Source of the DNA: Candidatus Doudnabacteria bacterium
GTDB taxonomy: Bacteria; Patescibacteriota; Doudnabacteria; UBA920
Assembly (NCBI GenBank): GCA_016218585.1
Contig: JACRDK010000010.1
Coordinates: 4,974-68,973, forward strand
Reading direction: 5' to 3'
DNA length: 64,000 bases
The notes beneath the pieces were generated by a model that worked only from the letters and a program-made list of their open reading frames with translations, searched no databases and was not told the DNA's origin. This document shows positions 55,297-64,000 of this stretch, piece by piece. Position 1 is the stretch's first letter; every line of letters begins with the position of its first letter. The translations under genes and the position numbers were made by a program.

Positions 55297-57444
55297 ATGG
55301 ATTTATCATCTTTAAATGAAAAACAAAAAGAAGCAGTCACTGCGCCAATGGGCGCAGTATTGTTGCTAGCCGGTCCCGGCAGCGGCAAAACCAAGACTTT
55401 AACCAACCGCATTGCTTATATTATAGAGAAGAAAATGGTGAAGCCGGAAAACATTTTGGCTTTAACCTTTACCAACAAAGCGGCCAAAGAAATGCGTGAA
55501 CGGGTAGGCAAACTTTTGGTTGGCCACAAGGCCGCATCGGACAGCCTGACCATGGGCACCTTTCACGCGGTTTGCGCCAAAATTTTGCGGCACGAAATCC
55601 AGGCTTTGGGTTACGGCAATAATTTTGTAATTTTTGATTCCGACGATCAGCAAAAAACAATAAAGGAAATTTTGGAAGACTTGCGCATAGACAGCAAAAA
55701 GCTGCCGGCCCAGATGTTTGGGGCGCTAATTTCCCGCGGCAAAAATTTATTGCAGACTCCGGGAGAGCTAAATTTGGGGCTGGATTCGCCGCTAAAGGAA
55801 CATGTGGCCGAGGTTTACGCCCGTTATCAGGACGCGCTGTTTAAACAGAATGCCCTGGATTTTGACGATTTGCTAATGCTCACGGTAAAGATTTTTGAAA
55901 ATTATCCGAAAATTTTAACCAAGTACCAGAAAAAGTTCACCTATATATTAGTGGACGAATATCAGGACACTAACCAGGCGCAGTATTTGCTGCTGTCTAT
56001 GCTTGCTACTTCGCGCAATATTTTTGTGGTGGGCGACGATGCCCAGAGCATTTATAAGTTCCGCGGTTCGGACATTACCAATATTTTGAATTTTGAGAAA
56101 GATTATCCGGAAGCCTTGGTAATTAAGCTTGAGCAAAACTATCGCAGCACCAAAAATATTCTGGAAGCGGCGCAAAAAGTCATTGAGCTAAATCCGGAAC
56201 AAAAGCCAAAAACTTTATGGACGGAGAATCCCCAGGGGGAAAAAATTATTTTAACCTGCGAACAAGACGAGCGCGGCGAGGCTGAATTTGTGGCTAAAAC
56301 CATTGTCCAGCTGGCCGGGCACGAGGAGAAAGAGTTGGAGTACAAGGCCGAAGAGGCTCCAAAAAAAGGCTATAGCATTTTGGACCGGTTTATTATGGCC
56401 AAGAGAATGCAGGCGAAATATTCGGAAAACTTTACCTTAGGGCGCGGTGTTTTGCCGCAATTGCCAAAACAACACGATCCGCTAACCGAGTATTGCATAC
56501 TTTATCGCACGCACGCGCAAAGCCGAAGCATAGAAGAAGCGTTAATTGAAGCCTCTATTCCGTATCAAATTGTCGGCGGCTTAAAGTTTTATGACCGCAA
56601 AGAAATAAAAGATATGCTTGCCTATTTGCGCCTGGTGGTGAATTATCGAGATTTAGTTTCTTTAAAGCGCGTAATTAACGAGCCGCCAAGGGGTTTGGGC
56701 GACAAATCTTACGCTGTTATCCGCGATTTTATTTTAAATTTGAATTCCGGAGGTAAAGAGTTTGGCTTAAAAGATTTTCGCACGGCTTTTGCCGAAGTTA
56801 AATTGCAGCCAAAAGCTTACAACTCAGCCATTGAGTTTTTTGCCGTGCTGGAAGAATTGGCCGATTTTAATGACCAGTTCGGTTTGCCGGAATTAATGCG
56901 CCTAATTACGCGCCGGACCGGCTATGAGCGTTATGTAAAAGATGGCAGCGAGAAAGGGGATTCGCGCTGGGAGAACGTGGAAGAATTAATTAATGTTGCT
57001 CACAAGTTTAAAAACCTGCCGTGGCGGCAGGCGCTGCAGGATTTTTTGGAAGAGGTGGCGCTGCTTGCGGAAATTGACCAGAAGGACGACGCGCGGGACG
57101 TGGTGACTTTAATGACCCTGCACTCAGCAAAGGGTTTGGAATTTGATAACGTTTTTTTTGTCGGGCTGGAAGAGGGAATTTTGCCGCACTCCCGCAGCCT
57201 TATAAATCCGGACGAGCTCTCCGAAGAGGTTCGCCTGGCTTATGTTGGGCTCACCCGCGCGCGCAAACGCCTGTTTTTAATTTATACGCAAAACCGCCGC
57301 GTCTTTGGCAACTTGCAAATAAACCAGCCTTCGCGTATTTTAAAGGTGCTGCCAAAAACTGCGGTAGAGTTTAAAGGTTTGGCCAAAGACCACTTTAAGG
57401 AAGTTGAACAAGGAGAACTTACGGTAGAGCCAATGGAATTTTAA
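55297..57444 (+). CDS. pcrA: ATP-dependent DNA helicase PcrA/UvrD
   Basis: AGPGSGKTKTLTNRIAYII Walker A, VDEYQDTNQAQY motif II, helicase motifs IV-VI. Confidence 0.9.
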   Translation: MDLSSLNEKQKEAVTAPMGAVLLLAGPGSGKTKTLTNRIAYIIEKKMVKPENILALTFTNKAAKEMRERVGKLLVGHKAASDSLTMGTFHAVCAKILRHEIQALGYGNNFVIFDSDDQQKTIKEILEDLRIDSKKLPAQMFGALISRGKNLLQTPGELNLGLDSPLKEHVAEVYARYQDALFKQNALDFDDLLMLTVKIFENYPKILTKYQKKFTYILVDEYQDTNQAQYLLLSMLATSRNIFVVGDDAQSIYKFRGSDITNILNFEKDYPEALVIKLEQNYRSTKNILEAAQKVIELNPEQKPKTLWTENPQGEKIILTCEQDERGEAEFVAKTIVQLAGHEEKELEYKAEEAPKKGYSILDRFIMAKRMQAKYSENFTLGRGVLPQLPKQHDPLTEYCILYRTHAQSRSIEEALIEASIPYQIVGGLKFYDRKEIKDMLAYLRLVVNYRDLVSLKRVINEPPRGLGDKSYAVIRDFILNLNSGGKEFGLKDFRTAFAEVKLQPKAYNSAIEFFAVLEELADFNDQFGLPELMRLITRRTGYERYVKDGSEKGDSRWENVEELINVAHKFKNLPWRQALQDFLEEVALLAEIDQKDDARDVVTLMTLHSAKGLEFDNVFFVGLEEGILPHSRSLINPDELSEEVRLAYVGLTRARKRLFLIYTQNRRVFGNLQINQPSRILKVLPKTAVEFKGLAKDHFKEVEQGELTVEPMEF

Positions 57445-57479
57445 TATTTTTACCAATATACTAATCTTATTACCTTCTA

Positions 57480-57528
57480 AATTGGTATATTAGTATAAAT
57501 TCGTATTTAGTAAATACAGAAAGATTTT
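57480..57528 (+). promoter_or_regulatory. Recurrent upstream motif preceding rsmA (TTGGTATATTAGTATAAATTCGTATTTAGTAAATACAG + 10 nt + ATG)
   Basis: Same family as 8797-8845 and 44167-44215. Confidence 0.4.
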
Positions 57529-58362
57529 ATGAATGTAGAACAATTAAAAAATTTATTAAGAAGCAACGGACTTAAACCCAACTTTACCTATGGGCAGAAT
57601 TTTTTAATTGATGAAATTGCTTTGCAGGACATTGTTGACTCCGCCGGGATTACAAATAAAACCGCGGTTCTGGAAATTGGCCCCGGCATCGGCAATATGA
57701 CTAAGCTGCTATGCGAGCGCGCGGGGTTTGTTTTGGCAATTGAAAAAGATCCTAAGTTTGTTCAGATCCTCCATAACATAAAAAAAGATTTCCGCAAAAA
57801 TTTTCGTTTTGAAATCGCCGATGCGCTGGAATTTAATTTTCAGGATTTTTTTAAAGACGAAGGCTTTGACTCTTACATTGTGGTGGCAAATATCCCATAC
57901 TACATTACCGGAAAAATTTTGCAGATGCTGATGACCGCAAAATTTAAACCCGACAGCATTACTGTGCTCACGCAAAAAGAAGTGGCGCAGAACGTCTGCG
58001 CCAAAGCAGGGGACTTGTCCGTGCTGGCAATTTCCGTTCAGCTCTTTGGCACGCCGGAGTTGGTGCAGGTTGTGCCGGCCAGAAGTTTTTATCCGGCGCC
58101 AAAAGTTGACAGCGCGGTTTTAAAAATTACTTTGGACAAAAAACAGAGGTATGATATTGCCGACGAAAAAAGATTTTTTAAAATTGTCAAAGCCTGTTTC
58201 TCCGGAAAGAGAAAACAAATCCATAACACGCTGGCAAATAATTTGGGGATAGAAAAAACCCGAGCGATGGAAATTTTAAGTGAACTTAGAATTAAACCAG
58301 CTAGCAGGCCGCAGGAGCTAACGATTGAAGATTGGATCCGATTAGTCGAAAAAATTAAATAA
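57529..58362 (+). CDS. rsmA: 16S rRNA (adenine1518/1519-N6)-dimethyltransferase
   Basis: YGQNFLIDEIALQDIV...VLEIGPGIGNMT KsgA signature. Confidence 0.9.
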   Translation: MNVEQLKNLLRSNGLKPNFTYGQNFLIDEIALQDIVDSAGITNKTAVLEIGPGIGNMTKLLCERAGFVLAIEKDPKFVQILHNIKKDFRKNFRFEIADALEFNFQDFFKDEGFDSYIVVANIPYYITGKILQMLMTAKFKPDSITVLTQKEVAQNVCAKAGDLSVLAISVQLFGTPELVQVVPARSFYPAPKVDSAVLKITLDKKQRYDIADEKRFFKIVKACFSGKRKQIHNTLANNLGIEKTRAMEILSELRIKPASRPQELTIEDWIRLVEKIK

Positions 58363-58448
58363 AGTTTTTATTTCCAAAACAAAATAAACCCCAATGTTGA
58401 AATTCGACATTGGGGTTTATTAATTATTTAGAAATTAGAATAATTAGG

Positions 58449-58994
58449 TTAATTAGAATAATTTACCAGAGAGACATCGTCGCCGGTTTTTATTTCGTGT
58501 TTATTGCTCCAGCCGGAGTTGACTTCTAAAACCTGAGTTATAGGAGCGGGAGGGGAGTATAATGGAAAATTTCCAATTTCCAATTTCCAATTTCCAATTG
58601 GCGCATGCACATTCGGTGTAATGCCAATTATTTTTTTGTCCGCAATCCAAATTAAATCCAAGTCAAACTTCATATCTTTCATCCAAAAAGTCGGCGCGGT
58701 TTTTTCTTTGCCGAAGTCAAAAAGCATTCCGTTGTTTTCCGCCAAGGATTCCCGGTTAGACAATCCGTCCTGCATTTTTTTTGAGTCGCTAACTACTTCT
58801 ACAAATAAAATTTCTTTGCCAACTTGCAGCTTGTGCGAATAATCGTAAGCCGGCTTGATGTTATTTGCAGGGGACAGGTTGCCGCTGGAACAGGAAACAG
58901 CAAAAAATACTAAACAGAAAAAAATACCAATTTTTTTAATTATTAACTCCATAATTCTTGATTTAAAATTCTTTATTCTAAATTTATAATACAT
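58449..58994 (-). CDS. DUF192-family secreted/membrane-anchored protein
   Basis: FWMKDMKFDLDLIWIADKKIIGI DUF192 block; in-frame ggaaat x4 repeat (PIGNWKLEIGNF). Confidence 0.6.
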   Translation of the reverse strand: MYYKFRIKNFKSRIMELIIKKIGIFFCLVFFAVSCSSGNLSPANNIKPAYDYSHKLQVGKEILFVEVVSDSKKMQDGLSNRESLAENNGMLFDFGKEKTAPTFWMKDMKFDLDLIWIADKKIIGITPNVHAPIGNWKLEIGNFPLYSPPAPITQVLEVNSGWSNKHEIKTGDDVSLVNYSN

Positions 58995-59189
58995 TATTCC
59001 GGTTGGGCTTGCAAAATTAGTTTAGATGTGCTATAATAAGTATAGTTAAGTGAGAAAACAGCGAGAAACCAAAAGAAAAATACAATTTAATCAAAGGGTT
59101 TTAAACGCAGCTAATTCCGTTTTGGAATTTTTTGTCATGTCTAAAACAGAGCGTTTGGAAAATAAAATCCTTGAAAAAAATTTAGGAAA

Positions 59190-59549
59190 ATGAATCAAAA
59201 TAAATTCAAAATTTCTGTATTTAGTTTAGCAGCTACTTTAGTTGTAGCGGTTTCATTGTTTTCGCCAATGCCGGCAAGGGCTGCCGCGGTAGGCGGTAGA
59301 TTTATGCCAGGCTTATTTGATATTTTTACTCCTAACATTCTGCTCCCAAGTTGCGGTTTAACTGTCGGTGTTATTGGCACAAACGGAATTCCAAAACTAT
59401 ATTCTTGGATTCCAACAATGATTTACGATTTTTTTCCATACACCATAAGCCATATTGGCAATAGCATGCTGGGTTTGGCAACAGATTTCCCGGTTGCCGG
59501 ATGTCCCTACCCAACCTTATATTTAACCGGCTCTAGCATCGCACCATAA
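59190..59549 (+). CDS. Small secreted hypothetical protein
   Basis: Signal peptide. Confidence 0.5.
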   Translation: MNQNKFKISVFSLAATLVVAVSLFSPMPARAAAVGGRFMPGLFDIFTPNILLPSCGLTVGVIGTNGIPKLYSWIPTMIYDFFPYTISHIGNSMLGLATDFPVAGCPYPTLYLTGSSIAP

Positions 59550-59579
59550 ATAACTTACAAAATTGTAAACAAAAATAAA

Positions 59580-60335
59580 ATGGAAAACATAAATTCAAAT
59601 TATCAAGAAGCAATTCCAAACCAAGGTTTAACCCTTGGCCATTTGGGAATAGTTTTTGCCACCATACTTTTGTTGCTGGGAATTTCCTGGATGAAAAATC
59701 CGGCGTTGTTTGCTTTTCATAAAAATCAACAGCCGCAAAATTTTGCGGACGTTCCCCGCTACTATGCTTATGTCTCGCCAGCCGAAGATGCGCAGCCTCT
59801 TGTAGCCGGAGCTAACACTAACGACGTCGCCAGTTTAATAAATGAAGACGGCAGTGTTTCGCCGGTTGATATGGGACAGGTTTTAGGAGCGAGTACCGAA
59901 GATGTTGTGTTGTCGCTTGATGATGTTAAAGTAAAAACTTTTAAAGATTCGCCGGAGGCTATTCAAAAATATTTTGCCGACACGCAGAGCATTGAAAATG
60001 GTCCCATTGACGGAACAGAATTTGAAGCTGCTTTGTCTTCCGGAAACCAATCAAGAATAGACAGCCAGGTTAAAACTATGGAAGCAATAAAAAATAATTT
60101 GCAGAGCTTAAGCGTCCCGGAGAGTTTGGCCAAGCTGCACAAATTAAAAATAATTCAATTTGCTTCGGCAATAGGCGTGCTGCAGAATTTTACCAAAGCA
60201 GATGAGAGCCCGGAATTGGTAGGGAAGTACTTGCAGGAGTTTTTAAAAAGCCAACAAGATTTGGATACCGAAAGCGCGGCGGTCCAACAAAAATATAATT
60301 TAACCGACGCCCAACTTTTCAATGCACAACAATAA
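59580..60335 (+). CDS. Hypothetical single-TM protein
   Basis: N-terminal TM. Confidence 0.5.
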   Translation: MENINSNYQEAIPNQGLTLGHLGIVFATILLLLGISWMKNPALFAFHKNQQPQNFADVPRYYAYVSPAEDAQPLVAGANTNDVASLINEDGSVSPVDMGQVLGASTEDVVLSLDDVKVKTFKDSPEAIQKYFADTQSIENGPIDGTEFEAALSSGNQSRIDSQVKTMEAIKNNLQSLSVPESLAKLHKLKIIQFASAIGVLQNFTKADESPELVGKYLQEFLKSQQDLDTESAAVQQKYNLTDAQLFNAQQ

Positions 60336-62214
60336 AACAAAAATCTTTGTAGCCGCTGTTTTACTTTTTGTCGAACTGGCAGTTTTTCCATTGTCGGCTC
60401 TGGCGCAAATTCCTTCTATAAATCCGGTGCCGACTTCAGACTCGGCTTTGGGAAGCGGGGGAATTACCGGTACTGCTGCTAACACCGCGGCAGCTTCGGC
60501 TTTATCCGGTGTTGATGTGGCCAACAAAAGCTGTGCAACGGCTGAGGCTGCGTACGAAACAACAGACAACGCGGCGCAGTTAGGTTTTTCCGGTTTGAGT
60601 ATAATTGGCGGCGACTCAGTTTTGCTCGGACAGCTTACCGCTAAAATAAATGCTTACAAAGGATTTATAACTTGCAGGCAGGGCGTTTTGGATTCGGTTA
60701 GAGCCGTTGTATCGCCAAATATTTATACCAGCAATTTAAAACAAAGAATGGAAGATCAGCAAATCGCTGCAATTGCGGCGTGGCGCGTGAAAATGGAAAA
60801 TGCGCAGGCGCGTTACAACAATGCCAAGCAGGGTTTTTGGAAAACTTTGGTTTTTAATATTTTAATTAAAACTAGCAAAGCGGTTGCCACATCTTTAGTG
60901 CAAAAGTTGGTTAGCAATTACAAAGTGCGCAACATAATGCAATACACGGATTCGGTTGCCACGTTAATGTACGACAACCAGTTTATCCGCCAGAATTTTC
61001 CGAATGCCGAAGGCCAGTTTATGGCCAGAGCAATTTTGGAGAATCCGCTTGTTAGAAATAAAGTGCCGTCCGCGGTATTTATAGCGGCCGACAACGCTTT
61101 AGGCTTTGATCCAAGCACTGTAAACGTGAACGATCCAAATTTTTATACTAAAATGTCGGCAGTGGGCAGCACGGTTGCTAATCCATATTTTCAGCATACT
61201 ACTAATATTGGCGGCGTAGACCAGGCCAGAGCCGCTTCTTTGGCTTATGCTCAGCAACAGGTAGCCCAAAGCAGTGGGCTTAAGACGCCGGTGACTTGCG
61301 CCGGCAGCATGGCTAATCAACAGTCAGTTGATGCCAGATACAAAGCAGCCAGCAATAAATTTGATGACCGCTGGGCGCTGCTAAGGAATTTACAGCAGGC
61401 AAAAGAACTTGGGCAGCCGGTTTCCGATTCCGACTTAGCTAAAGCTCAGGCGGATTTTGACCAAGCCAGAACAGCATTACAAGTTTTGCCGCAGGCCGTT
61501 AACACTCCCGCTACAACAATTTGTGAAGCGATAGTTTCTCCGCCAAGCTTAATTAATAAAGGCATAGACCAGGCGTTTGAAGCTATTGGCATAAATATGA
61601 AGCAGTATAATGACAATAATTTACCGGGCTTTATGAGCATGATTGGCGACGTAGCTTCACAAATTGGTTCCAGCTTAATATTTGGCGGAGTTGATGGAGC
61701 CAAGAGCGCGGCGTTAATTAATGAAGAAAGAGTTGCCAAAGGAGCGGTACAGGCAGGGACAGAAGCGCTGTACAGCAACGCTTCGGAAAATTTGGCTAAA
61801 GGAATTGAACTTTCCGCTTACTCCAACGATGCCGGAACTTGGTATGATTTGTATTGGGATATTGTTCCTCTTTCGGTTTTAGATGGAAAAGTGAGCTTTG
61901 TTACCATTGCTGGCGAGGGTGTGTCTGCTACAAAAATTGATCCAACTACCAAAGCATCAGTGCCAAATAAGCAACCGCCTTCGGGTTCGGTTAGAGTTTA
62001 TCCAACCAAGAGTGGTCCTTACATTATTACAGTTTTTGACGCCAACGGCAGAGCTATAACCTCAGCGACAATGAATTTAACAGTAACTGGAACGCAGCCT
62101 CAGGCATATAACAACAATTCGCAAACAGCGGTACTCGGAGCTTTTACCGACAAGCCAAGCTTAAATATTCGCGGCGGCAATGAGTCCATACACCCAAGAG
62201 GCCTAATGCCGTAG
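60322..62214 (+). CDS. Large secreted hypothetical protein
   Basis: Signal peptide; overlaps upstream gene by 14 nt; terminator hairpin at 62231-62264. Confidence 0.6.
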   Translation: MHNNKTKIFVAAVLLFVELAVFPLSALAQIPSINPVPTSDSALGSGGITGTAANTAAASALSGVDVANKSCATAEAAYETTDNAAQLGFSGLSIIGGDSVLLGQLTAKINAYKGFITCRQGVLDSVRAVVSPNIYTSNLKQRMEDQQIAAIAAWRVKMENAQARYNNAKQGFWKTLVFNILIKTSKAVATSLVQKLVSNYKVRNIMQYTDSVATLMYDNQFIRQNFPNAEGQFMARAILENPLVRNKVPSAVFIAADNALGFDPSTVNVNDPNFYTKMSAVGSTVANPYFQHTTNIGGVDQARAASLAYAQQQVAQSSGLKTPVTCAGSMANQQSVDARYKAASNKFDDRWALLRNLQQAKELGQPVSDSDLAKAQADFDQARTALQVLPQAVNTPATTICEAIVSPPSLINKGIDQAFEAIGINMKQYNDNNLPGFMSMIGDVASQIGSSLIFGGVDGAKSAALINEERVAKGAVQAGTEALYSNASENLAKGIELSAYSNDAGTWYDLYWDIVPLSVLDGKVSFVTIAGEGVSATKIDPTTKASVPNKQPPSGSVRVYPTKSGPYIITVFDANGRAITSATMNLTVTGTQPQAYNNNSQTAVLGAFTDKPSLNIRGGNESIHPRGLMP

Positions 62215-62412
62215 TCTATAATCAATTTAAAAACCCATCCCGATAAACCGGGATGGGTTTTTAAATTTGGGCCTGTGGAAGAGCGGAAAAAGTTGCGTTA
62301 AATGTCCCAAAATCGGCATAGTTGCAAAATTTTGTGTTTTAAAAAAGTTTATGGTATAATTTTAAGGTAATTTGGAAGCAAAAAGCAACAATCTTTAAGC
62401 TTTTTTAATACC

Positions 62413-64000
62413 TTGTTAAAGAAATTAAAAATAAACAATAAATTTTACGGCAAAGATATTCAAGGCAACATTCGCGCATTAAAGGCCTGGCTTTCTAAGC
62501 TTGCTTTTACTGGACTGGTTGCTTTGTTTATAATTGGTCCGGTTTTGTATTTTACAAAACCGGCTCTTGCCGCTAATTGTACGACTTCTACTATTGGAAC
62601 TGATCAGCACACTATTTGCGATGGATTAAGTGTTTCTTTTACAGATTCCGTAGGCGGTTCGATAACCGAGGCTCATCTTGGAGATACAATTTATGTTAAA
62701 CTGACAAGCCCTTCTTCAGTTGCTGGACAGCCTCAATTTTATGTAGGATTATGTTCCGGCCTTAATGATTTTACTAATTGCGCAACAGCTTCGGGCAAAA
62801 TAGCATCAGTAAATGGTTCAGTAAATCAAAGCTCGGCTACTATAGCTGTAAGCCTTGGTTCAGGGGGCAAATTAAACTCGGCACAAAAGTATTCAATTGG
62901 CGGATTAATGCAGTTGGCAACTATTAACAGCGGAGGCACATTCTCAACCGTTACCTATAAAGATACTGTTGGGGTAGCAACGTTAACGGTATTGCCGGCG
63001 CAAAACACAGGAGTTGCAACTCTTAAGGCAGTTGAATCTTCCCGCACTTATGATTCCACAATAACATCTGCTTATACATCCGGTTCAGTAAACTTAAATA
63101 TGGCGGCTACGTATTCAAATGGCGGCACCACCAAAACCCTTTCCTCGTATACATATGATTGTGGAAATAATTCCGGTGTTCAGACTTCCAGTGCAGGTAG
63201 TACAATGAGCTTTAAGTGTACATACCCATCTACGTCGACCAGTAGTCCAAAAACTTATCAAGTTACTGTGGTTGGAAGCTTGAGTGATGGCACTAAAACT
63301 CAGCCCGGGGTAACGTCAATTACCATTACAGGAAATGAAGCTGGTCAGAGCCCCGGCCAAGCGGCGGCGCAAAATACAAATAAATCGACTCCTGGAATCG
63401 CGGCGATTATAAATGAGATTTTAGGAACATTAATTGGTCTGGTACAAGAATTTGTATACGCGGTGTTCTTTTACTTAATTGCACCGCTTATCCAGGCGAT
63501 GCTGTCTATTCATGTTTATACTGATACATTTGCAGCTGTAATTTATCCGGGCTGGGAAGTTGTTAGAAATATTTGCAACATATTTTTCGTTATTGCGCTT
63601 ATTATAATTGCAATGGCAACCTTGTTTAGAGTGGACAGCTATCAGTTTAGGTCTTTGCTGGTTCAGTTAATTTTGGCGGCTTTAATGGTTAATTTTAGCT
63701 TGGTAATTGCCCAGGCGATTTTAGGTTTGGCAGACACTATCCAAGCACAATTTTTACCAAGCAATGTGGAGGTTATTAGGTCGCTCGCTAAAGATTTAAT
63801 GGTAAATACTTATAGAGATATCTATTATCAAAATCCATTTGGTGATTCATCTTTTTCAGGTATTGTTAAGCCGTTGTTCTTTTTAGCATTGGCCCTAGGC
63901 AGTTTTACAGTATTTGCAGCTATTGCCGCGTTTTTGGTTATTAGAATTGTGGCTTTGTGGGTTTTGCTTTTAATTTCTCCAATAGCATATGCGGCAGGCG
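62413..64000 (+). CDS. Large envelope protein, partial (runs off window end): signal peptide + extracytoplasmic domain + polytopic C-terminal region reminiscent of TrbL/VirB6-type proteins
   Basis: TTG-start ORF open to the end of the window; signal peptide (LAFTGLVALFIIGPVLYFTKPALA); after about 330 aa a series of TM helices. Confidence 0.5.
   Translation, partial: MLKKLKINNKFYGKDIQGNIRALKAWLSKLAFTGLVALFIIGPVLYFTKPALAANCTTSTIGTDQHTICDGLSVSFTDSVGGSITEAHLGDTIYVKLTSPSSVAGQPQFYVGLCSGLNDFTNCATASGKIASVNGSVNQSSATIAVSLGSGGKLNSAQKYSIGGLMQLATINSGGTFSTVTYKDTVGVATLTVLPAQNTGVATLKAVESSRTYDSTITSAYTSGSVNLNMAATYSNGGTTKTLSSYTYDCGNNSGVQTSSAGSTMSFKCTYPSTSTSSPKTYQVTVVGSLSDGTKTQPGVTSITITGNEAGQSPGQAAAQNTNKSTPGIAAIINEILGTLIGLVQEFVYAVFFYLIAPLIQAMLSIHVYTDTFAAVIYPGWEVVRNICNIFFVIALIIIAMATLFRVDSYQFRSLLVQLILAALMVNFSLVIAQAILGLADTIQAQFLPSNVEVIRSLAKDLMVNTYRDIYYQNPFGDSSFSGIVKPLFFLALALGSFTVFAAIAAFLVIRIVALWVLLLISPIAYAAG

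Noticed and set aside
1-64000. CRISPR array
   Set aside because: No series of equally sized repeats separated by unique spacers. The repeated elements at 28-34 kb are dissimilar in length and spacing and sit at promoter/terminator positions.
1-64000. tRNA or rRNA genes
   Set aside because: No T-loop/acceptor or rRNA-like conserved stretches were seen apart from the tRNA-like ends of the tmRNA.

Overview
The window looks like a low-GC Candidate Phyla Radiation / Patescibacteria-type chromosome: roughly 40% GC, compact housekeeping genes, many small membrane or secreted proteins, several mRNAs with no visible Shine-Dalgarno sequence, and genome-specific short intergenic repeats. The housekeeping backbone comprises the infC-rpmI-rplT operon, mntH, a CDF transporter, YhhQ, csp, a sortase with its substrate, an ECF sigma/anti-sigma pair, smpB, argS, ileS, recO, pcrA/uvrD, rsmA and a LysM-CHAP hydrolase. 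A 2361-aa surface enzyme (Fn3 + esterase + heparinase II/III-like lyase + dockerin-like tail) occupies 1.2-8.3 kb. I place a tmRNA (ssrA) gene on the minus strand at 35432-35821, with a G3:U70 acceptor pair, a T-arm and a CCA-containing 3' end. The main discovery candidate is a roughly 11-kb mosaic accessory island (24.4-35.3 kb) that abuts the 3' end of ssrA on one side and the ECF sigma/anti-sigma pair on the other. It contains an AT-rich block of four co-oriented genes, one of them split by a single in-frame TAA and joined to its upstream gene by an ATGA overlap, and a GC-rich block of small Cys-rich zinc-finger proteins (including a DnaJ-type CXXCXGXG mini-protein), two paralogous membrane proteins and a secreted peptide. 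Its genes are organised as cassettes that share several repeat families: a promoter-like repeat A (3 full and 2 partial copies), a 38-bp nested palindromic operator around a TTCACAAATGTGA core (3 copies), an 80-nt structured repeat B (2 copies) and a 40-nt GC hairpin with a downstream promoter-like module (2 copies). A 95-bp direct duplication of the anti-sigma 3' end plus terminator flanks a single-gene GC-rich insertion. No integrase, reverse transcriptase, CRISPR array, tRNA or rRNA gene was found. Other notable signals are twin nested palindromes with an AGACGATCGTCT core flanking an AEC transporter gene, a recurrent near-leaderless upstream motif before rplT, a PLD-like gene and rsmA, two paralogous Pro/Thr-rich micro-ORFs with their own terminators, L20-leader-like structures around infC, and a candidate ncRNA divergent from ssrA.
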